Shown here one piece after another: positions 54,773-64,000 of a stretch of 64,000 nt of DNA; within the stretch, counting starts at the first letter, position 1, and the number at the start of each line of letters is the position of its first letter. The translations under genes were made by a program, and so were the position numbers. The DNA is from Tetramitus jugosus (lineage: Eukaryota; Protista; Heterolobosea): positions 496,001 through 560,000 of the forward strand of contig OW569344.1 in assembly GCA_937625935.1 (NCBI GenBank), in the 5' to 3' direction. The notes beneath the pieces were generated by a model. The model made no database searches. It was not told the origin of the DNA and saw only the letters and a program-made list of their open reading frames with translations.

Positions 54773-56833
54773 TTAGAAGAATGAATTGGCTGCAATCCTG
54801 AGATTCCATTGTTGGTTTGCATTGCCACTCATCTTTTGTAGAACGCAGCTTGCTCCCTTCTGAGTACCGCTGCTCTCAAGGACAAAGGATGGATCGGCAG
54901 CACTTGCAATAATAATTGCTTCGTTCTTTGCGCTCGATGCACCAACAATGTTATTCACAGTTGATCCTAATGAATCCACTACAGTGTTAAACGTGTTTTT
55001 CATGTCCATAGAGCTGCTTGGTGTAGGATTCTCAGGATGATCTGCACTACTGCTGTCTACTCGCTTAAAGATCCACTTTTGAGTCAAGTTGTCATTCTCT
55101 CTCTTCTGATTAATAAAAATGGACTGATTGCTGTCCTTGATGCACTCCAAGACCAAATTATTGTTCAGTGCACTAACAATGAATCCGTCCTCTGTGATAT
55201 AAAATCTCTGATTTTGTGAAGTGAGGAAGATACGATTGGACCAAAGAGCTATCTTGGTGTAGGGTCTCGTTTGCGAATCAGTCACATCAAGCACATAACC
55301 ACTCGCTCGATTACAAATATACAACTGTTGACTGAATGGAATATCTTCAAACTTTTGCAGCATGTGATCCTCATTGCCTGAGGACGATGATGGAGAAGAC
55401 TCTGTAAACTGACTCAGTTTCAAATTCCTGTACATTGAAACATAGCACATGTATAGATTAAAGTTCCAGTCCTTGATGTTTCTTACGGGGGAGACTTGTC
55501 TGGCACACACCCACAAACTATCTCCTTGTACTTGAGATATCGTGCTACACACGGTGGAGTTTCCTGGCATGTTCGGGTCGCATCTTGGTGTGCACAACAC
55601 ACAATCTGGTGTCACAATTTTCTTGTTTGTAAATTGGAGCAAATAAATCTGTCTTCTGACGCCATCTAATGCACTATTGTTGTGTCCAATGGCTGCAGTG
55701 GCCGCTTGTCTATACACTGGGATCTTGTTGGATGATTGGCTCTGTATCACATCGTACAATCCCTGCGAGTGATTATAATAGAATGCACTCCAATTGAGCT
55801 TGAGAATATTTTCTTGTTTTGGTGCGAGGGATCCACCACCCACTCCCATCATTCCACCCACTCCGCCAACACCACTGCCCAAGCTTGTATTTCCAGGTGA
55901 CGAGACAACATTAGATGAATCACTTCCACCAGTCACACCAGGATCAAATGCCACTCTCCGCAAAACCACAACAAAACGATCGGCATATACTTCTCTCAGC
56001 ATCGGAACAAACACTTCTTCGCTCTGTGAATTGACTGCATGTGCAGTGACAACTACATTTGGAATTGCAATTCTCGCATTCGCACTCGCACTCTCTGCTG
56101 CAGTAGGGGACGATTGCTGCTGAGAAGACGACACGGGAGGAATCGGAACAGTGACCACAATAATTGCATTGTCCTGTTGTACGCCAACACCACCACTACT
56201 AGTACTACTCGTGCTACTACCACCACTACTACTACCTCCCATACCAGCATGACCCTGAATCAAAATACTAGAGTGATAATGATGTTCATTGAGTGAGGAA
56301 GTCAATTGCAGAGAAGGGATCGGTGGAGGAGCACTCTGTGCGCCATCTTCCGATGCATCTTGATGACTCTTTTGACTACTACTACTACTATCACTTGATG
56401 ATGATTTCTGCTGCTGTTGCAATTGTAATTGTTGTTGTTTCTGTTGCAAGTGTTGATAGTGCAACTGTTGTTGAGTCACGAGGTATTTGAGGTAGTTGGT
56501 GGGCAGTGTGGCGTACCAGTTGAGCTTCACAGTATCTTCCTCTCTCTGTGAATTGTTCCATCCTTTGATTAGCATTTTTTCAGAGACGCGTCTCACAATG
56601 GCACAGAATCCACTTGTTGTGGTTGTGATCACATTGGCAACAAATGTATGGATATTGGTCCTGTTGTTCTGATTCAACAGAGCTTGTTTCTGATCGAGAA
56701 AGACTGAGAGTTGAACAATGGGTGGCACGGGGAAACTGCCATGAGGGAATGACACATTGACTAGCATGTGGGATTTGTGAGAAATGTTGTTGGCGACTGA
56801 CACGGAGCCGAACTGTTCTTCAATGATTGTCAT
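54773..56833 (-). CDS. Multi-lectin protein: repeated H-type-lectin-like domains plus a C-terminal ricin-B domain
   Basis: Repeated F..PP.V / F....RRV / LNW.A pattern; C-terminal GYVLDV, NQRF, TQKW, NQQW (QxW). Confidence 0.7.
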   Translation of the reverse strand: MTIIEEQFGSVSVANNISHKSHMLVNVSFPHGSFPVPPIVQLSVFLDQKQALLNQNNRTNIHTFVANVITTTTSGFCAIVRRVSEKMLIKGWNNSQREEDTVKLNWYATLPTNYLKYLVTQQQLHYQHLQQKQQQLQLQQQQKSSSSDSSSSSQKSHQDASEDGAQSAPPPIPSLQLTSSLNEHHYHSSILIQGHAGMGGSSSGGSSTSSTSSGGVGVQQDNAIIVVTVPIPPVSSSQQQSSPTAAESASANARIAIPNVVVTAHAVNSQSEEVFVPMLREVYADRFVVVLRRVAFDPGVTGGSDSSNVVSSPGNTSLGSGVGGVGGMMGVGGGSLAPKQENILKLNWSAFYYNHSQGLYDVIQSQSSNKIPVYRQAATAAIGHNNSALDGVRRQIYLLQFTNKKIVTPDCVLCTPRCDPNMPGNSTVCSTISQVQGDSLWVCARQVSPVRNIKDWNFNLYMCYVSMYRNLKLSQFTESSPSSSSGNEDHMLQKFEDIPFSQQLYICNRASGYVLDVTDSQTRPYTKIALWSNRIFLTSQNQRFYITEDGFIVSALNNNLVLECIKDSNQSIFINQKRENDNLTQKWIFKRVDSSSADHPENPTPSSSMDMKNTFNTVVDSLGSTVNNIVGASSAKNEAIIIASAADPSFVLESSGTQKGASCVLQKMSGNANQQWNLRIAANSFF

Positions 56834-57113
56834 TCTTATTATGGTTTGTGTGTCAAAATGATTATTTGCTACGACTACTGTTCAATAAGTTGAAGAAGAA
56901 GAAATGAGAAATGGGATTATTTTGTCCTCGGATGATCTGGTCAGTATTGTTTGTTGTGTGCTTTTCTCCTTTCGAGTGTTCAAATATCGTATCGAGATAT
57001 TTACTTCCAACAGAGAATTTGCTCGTTTTGCTTGTTTTTGATGTCCTTCTTCAAGCGGAAAAAATATGCATCATCAAAAAAATTTGACAAGAGAGTTTAA
57101 TAAGTCAATACAT

Positions 57114-57760
57114 TTAAGCAACCAATGTATCAGCGGTAGCTGCCTCATACTTCCAGTTTGGAGGGAGGACCTTGGACAATTTGTAGTATCTTGACAATCT
57201 GTGGATCTTAGATTCAGTCAAAATCAATCTGTACTTTGCAGCCTTATCCTTGCGGGTCTTTTCCAAATGCTTTCTGATACCGACAGCCTTCTTGATCAAG
57301 TGGTAGAGATCTTCTGGGATTTCTGGAGCCAATCCGTGCAACTTCAAGATTCTCAAAACCTTCTTGCCAGAGACAGCCTTGACGGAACCAACTCCGTGGG
57401 AATCTCTCAAAACAACACCGATTTGAGCAGGAGTCAAACCCTTTCTGGCCAACTTGCAGACCATGGTGGTGACTTCTTCTTCAGTCATCTTCAACCATGC
57501 TGGTGCGCTTCTCTTGTATGGCTTCACAGATTGTGAAATACCCTTACTGTAAGAAAAAATAAGAATGAGTTTCGGTGTTCAAAACATTTTACAAAGTGTA
57601 TGTGAAAATCGAACTGTCCAAAAGCGAAAGTGTGTGATGATAGATGTGATTTTGTGGTTGTTGATGAGAAGAAGAGGAGTTTTTGAGGCGCTTTGAACAA
57701 TATTCATTTCACTTATTGATTTTCATTTGACACATACCCTTGTCCGTAGATTCTACCCAT
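57114..57760 (-). CDS. RPS13: 40S ribosomal protein S13 (uS15); intron 57547-57737
   Basis: MGRIYGQG|[53 protein letters not shown]. Confidence 0.98.
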
Positions 57761-57982
57761 GTTTTTTAACTTTGTTTATGGCTGTTGTGTATGTTGTTTT
57801 TTGTTTTTCTAAAACTTTTGGATTTTTTCCTTGGTCAATTTTTCGGTCAACCAGGATTCAACCAAAACAATGATGTTCAACCATCCCCGCCAATGTATCC
57901 AACAAACGTGATCAAAACCTCTTGATTATCATCATACAACAACAATCATAGCATCAACCATTTATTTATTTTCTTCATAAGC

Positions 57983-59155
57983 ATGTCCGATTCATCATCT
58001 CCTTCCTCCAATAATCAACATACGCTTGATGACGATGATCTACTGCTCGCAAACATTGACGAAATTGAAACAAAACTCTTTTACAATGAGCATGAATCCG
58101 TGTCAACTGACGAGTACAAGAAGATGATATTGAAATTGTTGCGAATACAACAAGCAACAGCTTCTCTCTTCTCTCACAATGAGACATCATTAAGAGAGTA
58201 TGATACTCACTTGTGGCGGTTTCTATTGACTCCCTATTATTTGAGTGTGTGCTTTCAGAATTGTCATCCTTCACCAAGTGACGAGCCAGATGCTGCTGTG
58301 CGTGCTCAAATTCGTGAAAAATACTTGAATCAAGCATTGACTCACATGCGTGTCTTTGATGAAAAAATGCTTCAGTTCAAAATTATACCGAAAGCGACCA
58401 TGAGAATATTTTATGATGGAACAGCGTCATCAGATTCTACTTCAACTGTACAAAAGGATCCATTTGCTGCCAGATCAGAGAAACTGATGAAATTCAAGAT
58501 TGAGAAGGAGAGAAGAGAGCAGTTGCAACAGTTGAGATCTGCGATTACAGACTTGACATCGCGAAACGACCAGAATGATATGGACAGAGAAAAATTAGCA
58601 CCACTGTACAAGAAGTATAACACTCTCATGTTCCATCAATCCCTAGATGAATGTAAAACTAGTTATCCAATGCTGAAACAGGAGTTGGAGTTTGTAAAAA
58701 TGTCTCATGCTAGAGCCAATGATCCTCTGCATCAAATACAGCAACAGAGACTACAACAGCTCAATCAACAGAGCGTACCATCCAAGCAAACGTTCCAGAA
58801 GATCAAAAAGTTGTCTCATACAGACACAACTGAACAAACGATGCAAAAATTGGCTGGTATGGGTATTCAGACAATTAATATCGAAGATCGAATGAATATG
58901 AGACAGGATGTTGTTGATAAGATGTTCAAGCCATTCAATCCACCAACGGTGTCGCTCGAAGAGTTTGCTGAGCAAGAGGTGCGTGATATGCAAGAAAGAT
59001 CAATGAGATCACAGAAAGCAGAAGAGGAGAACAGACGGAAGCAAGAAGAGAAGCAGGATCCAGACGAGGATTCACACGAGGAACTCATGGAGAAGAGACG
59101 ATGGGATGACTGGAAAGATGATAATGTCAAGGGAGCAGGAAACCTGAAAAGGTAG
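57983..59155 (+). CDS. TAP42: TAP42/alpha4 (IGBP1) PP2A-associated protein
   Basis: FLLTPYYL, RSEKLMKFK, PTVSLEEFAEQE, RRWDDWKDDNVKGAGN. Confidence 0.92.
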   Translation: MSDSSSPSSNNQHTLDDDDLLLANIDEIETKLFYNEHESVSTDEYKKMILKLLRIQQATASLFSHNETSLREYDTHLWRFLLTPYYLSVCFQNCHPSPSDEPDAAVRAQIREKYLNQALTHMRVFDEKMLQFKIIPKATMRIFYDGTASSDSTSTVQKDPFAARSEKLMKFKIEKERREQLQQLRSAITDLTSRNDQNDMDREKLAPLYKKYNTLMFHQSLDECKTSYPMLKQELEFVKMSHARANDPLHQIQQQRLQQLNQQSVPSKQTFQKIKKLSHTDTTEQTMQKLAGMGIQTINIEDRMNMRQDVVDKMFKPFNPPTVSLEEFAEQEVRDMQERSMRSQKAEEENRRKQEEKQDPDEDSHEELMEKRRWDDWKDDNVKGAGNLKR

Positions 59156-59436
59156 AGTGCATAAGAATCCTAACTGAAGGTGAACCATCTGTGTCACGTT
59201 AACTCGTTTATTGTCTTCGTGTTTGTAACAACAAAAACAAGTGATGGACACGAACATCACTCTATAAACATAAATTAATACTTGTAGTAGTCGCGCCTAA
59301 ATCATAGTATACAAACAACCGACGTACTTCTCCCAAATTTTTGTTGAATTGACTGACAGTTCTGTCATTCAGAGTCATCATGATACATCATACGAAGACA
59401 CCATTTCTCAAGCGAATGAGAGCTTGATTGCAACAT

Positions 59437-60111
59437 CTAGGGTAATCTGCGCACTCTCTTTCGCCAATACTTGAAAGCAAATATCGGAAAACAAATTGCA
59501 AAGAAGCATGCCCACACGTAAACGAGCATTGTTTTCCGCGCAGCCATAATGTTCAATACATCTCGCTGATCCATCTCTGTTCTGTTCCGTGTAAATTGAG
59601 CTGACTCATTCTTCCTCATGTGTTCATGCATTTTGAACACATTCTTGTACCGATCGACATACTCCTGATACACTCGCCTAAACTCTTCTTCTGCTTCAAT
59701 GTCTTCCTTTGTCCTATGCCGATGAGTCTGATAGCTTGTTTCTTCATAATAGTAGTAATGTGTTTTTGTTTGATGTGCATCACTGCTGTTGCCGCTACTG
59801 CTCTGATGCTGCTGCTGATAATGGGATGATGTTGAAGAGTACGACGTCTCATGATGATGATGATGATGTGACCGTAGAACCGTTGCATCATAAGAAGTTC
59901 TCTTACCGTTGTCAAACAATGTTTGATAAGCATGATTCACAATTTTAAAAGATTCGGCACATCCTGTTGCACTCGAATCTGGATGATACTTCTTTGCCAT
60001 TTTCAAATATGCAGTCTTGACTTGAGCTTGAGTCGCTGACTGAGGTATACCTAGTACCTGATAATGATTCATACGTTTGAGAGATAGTATTGCAGAATTA
60101 GTGGCAGTCAT
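59437..60111 (-). CDS. DnaJ-domain protein with a C-terminal TM
   Basis: NHYQVLGI, VKTAYLKMAKKYHPD, FKIVNHAYQTL. Confidence 0.92.
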   Translation of the reverse strand: MTATNSAILSLKRMNHYQVLGIPQSATQAQVKTAYLKMAKKYHPDSSATGCAESFKIVNHAYQTLFDNGKRTSYDATVLRSHHHHHHETSYSSTSSHYQQQHQSSSGNSSDAHQTKTHYYYYEETSYQTHRHRTKEDIEAEEEFRRVYQEYVDRYKNVFKMHEHMRKNESAQFTRNRTEMDQRDVLNIMAARKTMLVYVWACFFAICFPIFAFKYWRKRVRRLP

Positions 60112-60275
60112 TTTGTGGTTTTGTTGTTCGAATCTGATTCGTTGAGTTTGTTGTTTCTCTCTTTTTTGTTGTCGTTGTAACCAGGTATTTGATCTGTTGA
60201 TAGTTCATCCAGATGTTTAGTTTCTCCTACAAGTCGAACACAACACAACAAAGCATCAAAGAAACAAAATAGCGA

Positions 60276-60956
60276 ATGGATCCACAACAACCACCACAAC
60301 AGGTCAATCATGACGCAACGATGATAAACAGCTTTGGATTACCCATGTCCTTTGGAAAACAAAAGAATTTCAATCACAATTATGCTGCCAATCACAATAG
60401 TGGAGCAATGATGGAAAATGTTCAACATCAACAACACCAACAACATCAACAACATCACTATCAACATCATCAAAATGTTCAACATCGAGGCAACTATAAT
60501 AATAACAACTACAATCATAGAGGCAACAGACAAAAACGAGAACATCATCAACATTCATCTCATCAACATCAACATCATCAACAACAACATCAACACAACT
60601 ATAACAAGAGACCAAGATTTAACAATCATCACTCAACGAGTCAAAATCATCATAATCAAAATCAACAATCACAACAATACAAATCGAATAATGATGATCA
60701 TTTCGATGTGACACAATACTTTAAACCTTCGTTTTTACAAGATCCATGGCAACCTAGAGTGTCTCACCCAACGGCTGTATTTTCTCCTCCAACTATCGTT
60801 GATCCATCGATGCAAGAAGAAGTGAAACGGTTGGATGAGACAGGAACGACGAGCACATCACAAGAAACAGTTTTAGTGGATACGGCGAATAATGGTGTTG
60901 TTGATGTAGTAACGAGCAATGAAGAGATTATGAACCCAGAATGTATTGACATTTAA
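60276..60956 (+). CDS. MPLKIP/TTDN1/SICKLE-like low-complexity protein
   Basis: YFKPSFLQDPW matches the MPLKIP motif (YFKPSMLEDPW). N-terminal FGLPMSFGK; H/Q/N-rich middle. Confidence 0.65.
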   Translation: MDPQQPPQQVNHDATMINSFGLPMSFGKQKNFNHNYAANHNSGAMMENVQHQQHQQHQQHHYQHHQNVQHRGNYNNNNYNHRGNRQKREHHQHSSHQHQHHQQQHQHNYNKRPRFNNHHSTSQNHHNQNQQSQQYKSNNDDHFDVTQYFKPSFLQDPWQPRVSHPTAVFSPPTIVDPSMQEEVKRLDETGTTSTSQETVLVDTANNGVVDVVTSNEEIMNPECIDI

Positions 60957-61015
60957 TAACTCCGATAAAAAACTCCTTTCGCGCCAAAAAATGTAAATTT
61001 TTGAACGTTTTACTC

Positions 61016-63739
61016 ATGGAAAAAACAAACTTGAGCGAACGAACAACAGAAGACATGCACATGAATAGTGGATCGTTTCGTAGTGATGATCACATGGAGG
61101 ATGACAACAATGAAGAAGACAGTCGCTTCATGACTCCTGTCCATCAGAGTCATCAACACCACCACTTCAACAGTAGCTTCAGTAATCACAATCATAGTAA
61201 CAATAGTAATAATAGTAATAATATTAATAATAACAACAATTCTTCTTTTCATCATCAATTCTCCCCGTTTCAACAAACTCCTTCCTTTACTCATCAGAAT
61301 AATAACAACAACAATAACAACAATAACAACAATAGTCGTGTGATCTCAGATCCCTTTCGTTTATTGTCTCCATTGTCTCCCGATGCGAACTCGAGTAGCT
61401 TGAACAATAGTACGACTAGTATTAGTCATAATAATATGAATAACAGCAGTGGTGGAGCATCATCGATTGCTTCTGCTTCCATGTCCAATGAGTCCTTTAT
61501 TATAAAACAACAACAAATGCAGATTCAACAGTATGAACAACAGAGACAACAGCATTTGGAGATGATTAGTCAGTTAAAACAGAAGAATAGTCGATTGGAG
61601 ATTCAAATTGGAGAGCTTTCGTTGTCTTTGGAGCAAATTCAGTGGCAACAGTGCACCTCTGATGTGAATCATGGTTCTTCTGCTCAACAACAACAGAAGC
61701 AGCAACAACAACAACAAGCTGGATCCAATAACACTCAATCTTCAGTGGTGCAACAAAAGCAAGTGACAGTTACTCATTCATCTAACAATGATGATACCAG
61801 CAAAAAGATTCAAGAACTCAGTGAAAAACTAAAGAGTGAATCAGAGATGGTTCAAAAATTAAGAGCTTCTATGCAAGTTCAAATGAATGATCTCAGAGTC
61901 AAGGACGAAGAACTTTTACTGATTCGTCAACAGTACGAACAGCTTCACCTAGCACATGAACAAATGGATCGAAAATATCAGCACGAGTTTGAGCTACAAT
62001 TGGCAAAGGAAATGAAGTCTGCCAACACCAGAATTAAGAAGGCAGAGCAAGAGAAGGAAATGATGGCAAAGGACCATGAGAAGATGAAGAAAAAGTTTAC
62101 TCAGATGGAGGGAAAACTTCGTCAATCGACGGTGAGTTCTTCTGATCGATCTCGTGAGACAATGGAGCTCCAGAGAGAGAACAAGGAACTAAAGAAGAAG
62201 CAAGCAAAGATTGACAAGGTGCAGGATGTGATGCGGGAGCGCAATGAGCAGATCAAGCTTCTAGAACAACAGGTTGATCAACTTGAGAAGGAAAGGGATG
62301 AGTTTGTGCTAAAGTTTGATTGCATTCAGGGAGAAATGATGCAGGAAAAGATTCTATGTCAACATTTGGACACCAATTTACAGAGTGCAGGCCAACAACT
62401 TACAAATCTACAAAAGCAGAATGAGCTGTTACAATCTCAACTAAACAACACTATTTCCCAGTTGTCACAAGCTCAAGAGAGGCTTTCCTCTACAGACACA
62501 GAAAAGAACACAATCAATGAGAAGACAAAGCAATTGGAAGGTAGTGTGCAGGAGCAGCTTCAGTTGTATAAGGCGCTTGCCGAAAAATACAACACCCAGA
62601 AGCAAGACAGTGCAACATTGATAGAAAAACTGAAGCAACTGGATAAGATGTTGCGAGAGAAGCACGCAGAGAATGCTTCCTTGACCGAGATATGCAGCAA
62701 TCAAGAGCAGCTTATTGTCTCACTGAAGAAACAATCAGAGGAGAAGCATCAGGAGCTTGAAAGAATGCAAGACAATGTAAATCAGTTGAAGAATACATTA
62801 CAAACAACCGAAAGCAATCTCACCCAAAAACTAACGAGTACGGAATCAACGCTACAACAGAGATTGCAAACAGCAGAACATAGCTTAGTTCAATCTGAGA
62901 AGACAGTAGCTATGCTCAATATGCAGATTCAAGAATATGTGGATAATAACTTGAGTTTGAAGTCAGCCTTAGATCAAGTAACGAGACAAAGTTCAAGCAG
63001 TCAAAGTAGCATTCAACAATATCAACAACAAGTCTCTCATTTGGAGAGCATTCGTAAGCATCTAGATGCTGAAATTGTTAGATTGAGAGATGAGCTTCAA
63101 CGTGTGAATGGATCCAGCGTCATGACGAATAATCAAATTCAAAGATTGGAACAACAACTTCGTTTGTCTCAGTCTGATCTAAATGCTTCAAAATCTAAAT
63201 TAGAGAAACAGAATCTGAAACTGCAATCATCAACAGATGCCATTTACAATCTGACTCAAGAGAGGGATGACATGCAGAGCTTAATCGAGGAGATGAGATC
63301 CCAGTTAGGTATGATGGATCAAGTCAATCAATTTAATCACAAGCTAAGGCAAGAAAATGAAGAGTTGACTCGCATGTTGACTCTCAATAAACCAGTCAGC
63401 AACGAAGGTATGGTACCAGAGGCATCAGTGGCCGCCATCATCAAGGATTACGATGAAAAGTTGGACGAGAAGAACAGGACGATCAAATCAATAGAGTCAA
63501 GAGTTCACACTTTATTGAACGAGAAGAAGGAGTTGGAGTCGGATTTAACGGACATGGATGCAAGGTTGCTGGAACTGGAAGGTGAGCGGAATGACCTGAT
63601 CGTTGCCTCATCGAATACCTTCGAGCATCAACGACAGATTCAACAATTAAGATCTGAGCTTGCTCAGTACAAATCCCAGAACAAGGCTATCATTCCAAAC
63701 ACCCGGAGGCCATTCAGAAATGTATCAAACCTGAAGTAG
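61016..63739 (+). CDS. Long coiled-coil protein with an N/Q/S-rich N-terminus
   Basis: About 900-aa ORF with extended heptads. C-terminal RRPFRNVSN is D-box-like. Confidence 0.8.
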   Translation: MEKTNLSERTTEDMHMNSGSFRSDDHMEDDNNEEDSRFMTPVHQSHQHHHFNSSFSNHNHSNNSNNSNNINNNNNSSFHHQFSPFQQTPSFTHQNNNNNNNNNNNNSRVISDPFRLLSPLSPDANSSSLNNSTTSISHNNMNNSSGGASSIASASMSNESFIIKQQQMQIQQYEQQRQQHLEMISQLKQKNSRLEIQIGELSLSLEQIQWQQCTSDVNHGSSAQQQQKQQQQQQAGSNNTQSSVVQQKQVTVTHSSNNDDTSKKIQELSEKLKSESEMVQKLRASMQVQMNDLRVKDEELLLIRQQYEQLHLAHEQMDRKYQHEFELQLAKEMKSANTRIKKAEQEKEMMAKDHEKMKKKFTQMEGKLRQSTVSSSDRSRETMELQRENKELKKKQAKIDKVQDVMRERNEQIKLLEQQVDQLEKERDEFVLKFDCIQGEMMQEKILCQHLDTNLQSAGQQLTNLQKQNELLQSQLNNTISQLSQAQERLSSTDTEKNTINEKTKQLEGSVQEQLQLYKALAEKYNTQKQDSATLIEKLKQLDKMLREKHAENASLTEICSNQEQLIVSLKKQSEEKHQELERMQDNVNQLKNTLQTTESNLTQKLTSTESTLQQRLQTAEHSLVQSEKTVAMLNMQIQEYVDNNLSLKSALDQVTRQSSSSQSSIQQYQQQVSHLESIRKHLDAEIVRLRDELQRVNGSSVMTNNQIQRLEQQLRLSQSDLNASKSKLEKQNLKLQSSTDAIYNLTQERDDMQSLIEEMRSQLGMMDQVNQFNHKLRQENEELTRMLTLNKPVSNEGMVPEASVAAIIKDYDEKLDEKNRTIKSIESRVHTLLNEKKELESDLTDMDARLLELEGERNDLIVASSNTFEHQRQIQQLRSELAQYKSQNKAIIPNTRRPFRNVSNLK

Positions 63740-63794
63740 ATCATGATTGGTTAAGGAAACCAATCATCCTCTATATCCTAGAGATAAATTTTAT

Positions 63795-64000
63795 TCATTT
63801 CCAATTCTTTCCATAAATTAGAGGTATAAGTACATATGACATGGATGTTGTAAGCGCGATTGCAAAAAAGTTGAGCCATATTCCTGCTTTCATCATCCTA
63901 TTGATTGTAATTGCAGACGTTGCCTTGAATGCAATCATGTTAGGCGCAGTGCCAATTGGTAACATGAACGCATATGAACTGCTGATGGTGGCTGGAATAA
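63795..64000 (-). CDS. SLC13/DASS Na+-dicarboxylate/sulfate symporter, 3' end (rest outside the window)
   Basis: Manual translation: IPATISSSYAFMLPIGTAPNMIAF...MMKAGIWLN...GKNWK*. Confidence 0.88.
   Translation of the reverse strand, partial: IPATISSSYAFMLPIGTAPNMIAFKATSAITINRMMKAGIWLNFFAIALTTSMSYVLIPLIYGKNWK

Noticed and set aside
1-64000. CRISPR arrays, tRNA/rRNA genes, intact transposons, alternative genetic code
   Set aside because: None seen. Repeats are coding microsatellites or FH1, and all three stop codons terminate well-supported genes.

Overview
Gene-dense eukaryotic (protist) nuclear DNA. It uses the standard code, has short GT-AG introns (about 70-190 nt), N/Q/S-rich low-complexity tracts, head-to-head promoters of 150-320 bp and very tight tail-to-tail spacing. 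A free-living amoeboid/flagellate such as a heterolobosean is plausible, but that is inference only. About 40 protein-coding genes are recognisable, including VPS13 (3' part), an FHOD-type formin, TRM8, PARG, MFSD5/MOT2, G-alpha, RGS, Ctr, RPS13, TAP42, a DnaJ protein and SLC13 (3' part). No rRNA, tRNA, CRISPR or intact mobile element was seen. Two signals stand out. (1) Ureidoglycolate lyase, malate synthase and allantoicase are adjacent (13.5-17.6 kb) and encode three consecutive steps of allantoate catabolism. This looks like a convergent counterpart of the yeast DAL cluster; it is flanked by a molybdate-transporter-family gene, and the allantoicase unexpectedly carries a spliced signal peptide. 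(2) An intact CD38/CD157/ADP-ribosyl-cyclase-family enzyme, whose characterised members are from animals, lies between an RGS gene and a 7TM gene. Other oddities are a circularly permuted PhyH-like dioxygenase, a WH2-CDC123-like ATP-grasp fusion, an F-box/pseudo-Rab/CaaX fusion, a clan GH-A glycosidase lacking its acid/base Glu, a Tom5-like micro-protein and a patch of decayed gene fragments. All family assignments come from motif recognition by eye; no database search was run.
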